Below, piece by piece: positions 36,971-37,897 of a DNA stretch of 37,897 nt (position 1 is the first letter of the stretch; each line of letters begins with the position of its first letter). Made by a program: the position numbers and the translations under genes. Source of the DNA: Desulfurellaceae bacterium. GTDB lineage: Bacteria > Campylobacterota_A > Desulfurellia > JAGGSF01. The notes beneath the pieces were generated by a model. The model had not been told where the DNA came from. It searched no databases and was given only the letters and a program-made list of their open reading frames with translations. The DNA is taken from positions 1 to 37,897 of the forward strand of contig JAGMDW010000040.1 in assembly GCA_023128455.1 (NCBI GenBank), written 5' to 3'.

Positions 36971-37590
36971 TGTTGTTTCCCTTTCAATATCTTAACCCAA
37001 CTGCCGCTTCCACCTAACACACCACCTTTAAGACCTATAATACTATTTTCCTTGTCTACAAAAACAACCCTTGAAGTCTTTATTGTAACCTTCTTATTCC
37101 CATAGTGACCTGCCATCTTCTTCCCCTTAATCACTCTTCCTGGATATTCACACATACCTATAGAACCTGGTTTTCTATCCATCATTCCACCATGAGAAGC
37201 TGGTCCACCATGAAAACCGTGTCTTTTCATAGTACCAGAGAATCCCTTTCCTTTGCTATATCCTTGAACTCTTGCAGTTTCTCCCACCTTGAATATATCC
37301 ACGCCTATCACATCACCTATTTTAAACTCTTTGATATTTTGATACTTAAATTCTCTCAACATGCGCTTATACGGTACATTCTTCTTCTTAAAACAACCGA
37401 CCAGGGACTTATTCAATTTATTTTCTTTAACATCACCAAAGCCTAACTGTAATGCACAGTAACTATTTTTTTCTTGCGTTTTAATATCAACTATAACCCC
37501 CGGTTCTACTTTTAGCAGCGTTACAGGAATCGCAGAATCGCTTTCGAAAATTTGAGTCATGCCCATTTTCCTTGCCATAAGACCTATCAC
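36967..37590 (-). CDS. rplC: 50S ribosomal protein L3
   Basis: [13 protein letters not shown] and [20 protein letters not shown] start overlaps the rpsJ TGA. Confidence 0.97.
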   Translation of the reverse strand: MIGLMARKMGMTQIFESDSAIPVTLLKVEPGVIVDIKTQEKNSYCALQLGFGDVKENKLNKSLVGCFKKKNVPYKRMLREFKYQNIKEFKIGDVIGVDIFKVGETARVQGYSKGKGFSGTMKRHGFHGGPASHGGMMDRKPGSIGMCEYPGRVIKGKKMAGHYGNKKVTIKTSRVVFVDKENSIIGLKGGVLGGSGSWVKILKGKQQ

Positions 37591-37892
37591 AGTTTCACCT
37601 CTATATCCACACCTGCCGGCAAATCTATCCTCATCAATGCATCCACTGTCTGTTCCGATGCATCTAAAATATCCATAAGCCTCTTATGAACTCTTATCTC
37701 GAACTGCTCTCTTGATTTCTTGTTCACAAACGGCGAACGCAAAACCGTATAACGAGATATCCTCGTAGGCAAAAGCACTGGTCCCTTTATCCTTGCACCC
37801 GTATTTCTTGCCGTTTCCATTATATCCTTTACGGACTTATCTAAAAGTCTACTATCATAAGACTTTAATCTTAATCTTATCTTTTGCGACAT
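37587..37892 (-). CDS. rpsJ: 30S ribosomal protein S10
   Basis: [18 protein letters not shown]...GPVLLPT...[14 protein letters not shown]. Confidence 0.97.
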   Translation of the reverse strand: MSQKIRLRLKSYDSRLLDKSVKDIMETARNTGARIKGPVLLPTRISRYTVLRSPFVNKKSREQFEIRVHKRLMDILDASEQTVDALMRIDLPAGVDIEVKL

Positions 37893-37897
37893 AATCT

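Noticed and set aside
1-37897. Window-wide look for CRISPR-like spaced repeats, IS or transposase/integrase genes, phage genes, toxin-antitoxin pairs, restriction-modification or other defence-type genes, and large direct or inverted repeats.
   Set aside because: Every ORF above about 60 aa on the coding strand is accounted for by a housekeeping family or the two uncharacterised proteins at 4790-7125. The only non-coding stretch over 70 nt is the rpsB leader. I saw no periodic repeat arrays by eye, although an exhaustive repeat search was not possible without tools.

Overview
This is a visibly AT-rich, very compact stretch of bacterial core genome. Many adjacent genes overlap by 1-14 nt, and only one non-coding gap exceeds about 70 nt. 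It has three blocks. (1) Minus strand, 7125 down to 1: an uncharacterised multi-[4Fe-4S] protein, a DHH/CBS/DRTGG protein, purC-purS-purQ, hemL, an Fo-only ATP synthase set (atpZ-atpI-atpB-atpE), then two tRNA-Ser genes. (2) Plus strand, 7182 to 22970: a GH57 glycoside hydrolase, der, and pyruvate carboxylase. A 178-nt structured leader follows, then rpsB-tsf-pyrH-frr-uppS-cdsA-dxr-rseP-ispG and a 6TM K+ channel with RCK domains that is split by a frameshift. (3) Minus strand, 37892 down to 22963: a complete S10-spc-alpha ribosomal protein cluster from rpsJ to rplQ. It includes secY, adk, map, infA and rpmJ (rpmJ was not in the ORF track), with lspA directly appended. I found no CRISPR array, IS element, integrase, phage gene, toxin-antitoxin pair or recognisable defence gene. 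I also see no convincing novel multi-gene system, so this looks like ordinary housekeeping DNA. Five things merit a second look. (a) The rpsB leader carries four GGAGG motifs, a near-exact duplicate of the rpsB translation initiation region, a 19-codon uORF whose stop overlaps the rpsB ATG, and an SD-sequestering helix followed by a T7 run. (b) An overlapping gene pair encodes a poly-Fe-S protein and a family-II-PPase-like DHH/CBS/DRTGG protein that ends where the DHHA2 domain should begin. (c) Back-to-back divergent promoters sit 5-6 nt from SD-less ATG codons, suggesting leaderless mRNAs. (d) The K+ channel frameshift lies in an (AT)4 tract. (e) The ATP synthase c subunit has a signal-peptide-like extension and a partial Na+-site signature. 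All functional calls come from reading the translations by eye; no database search was run.
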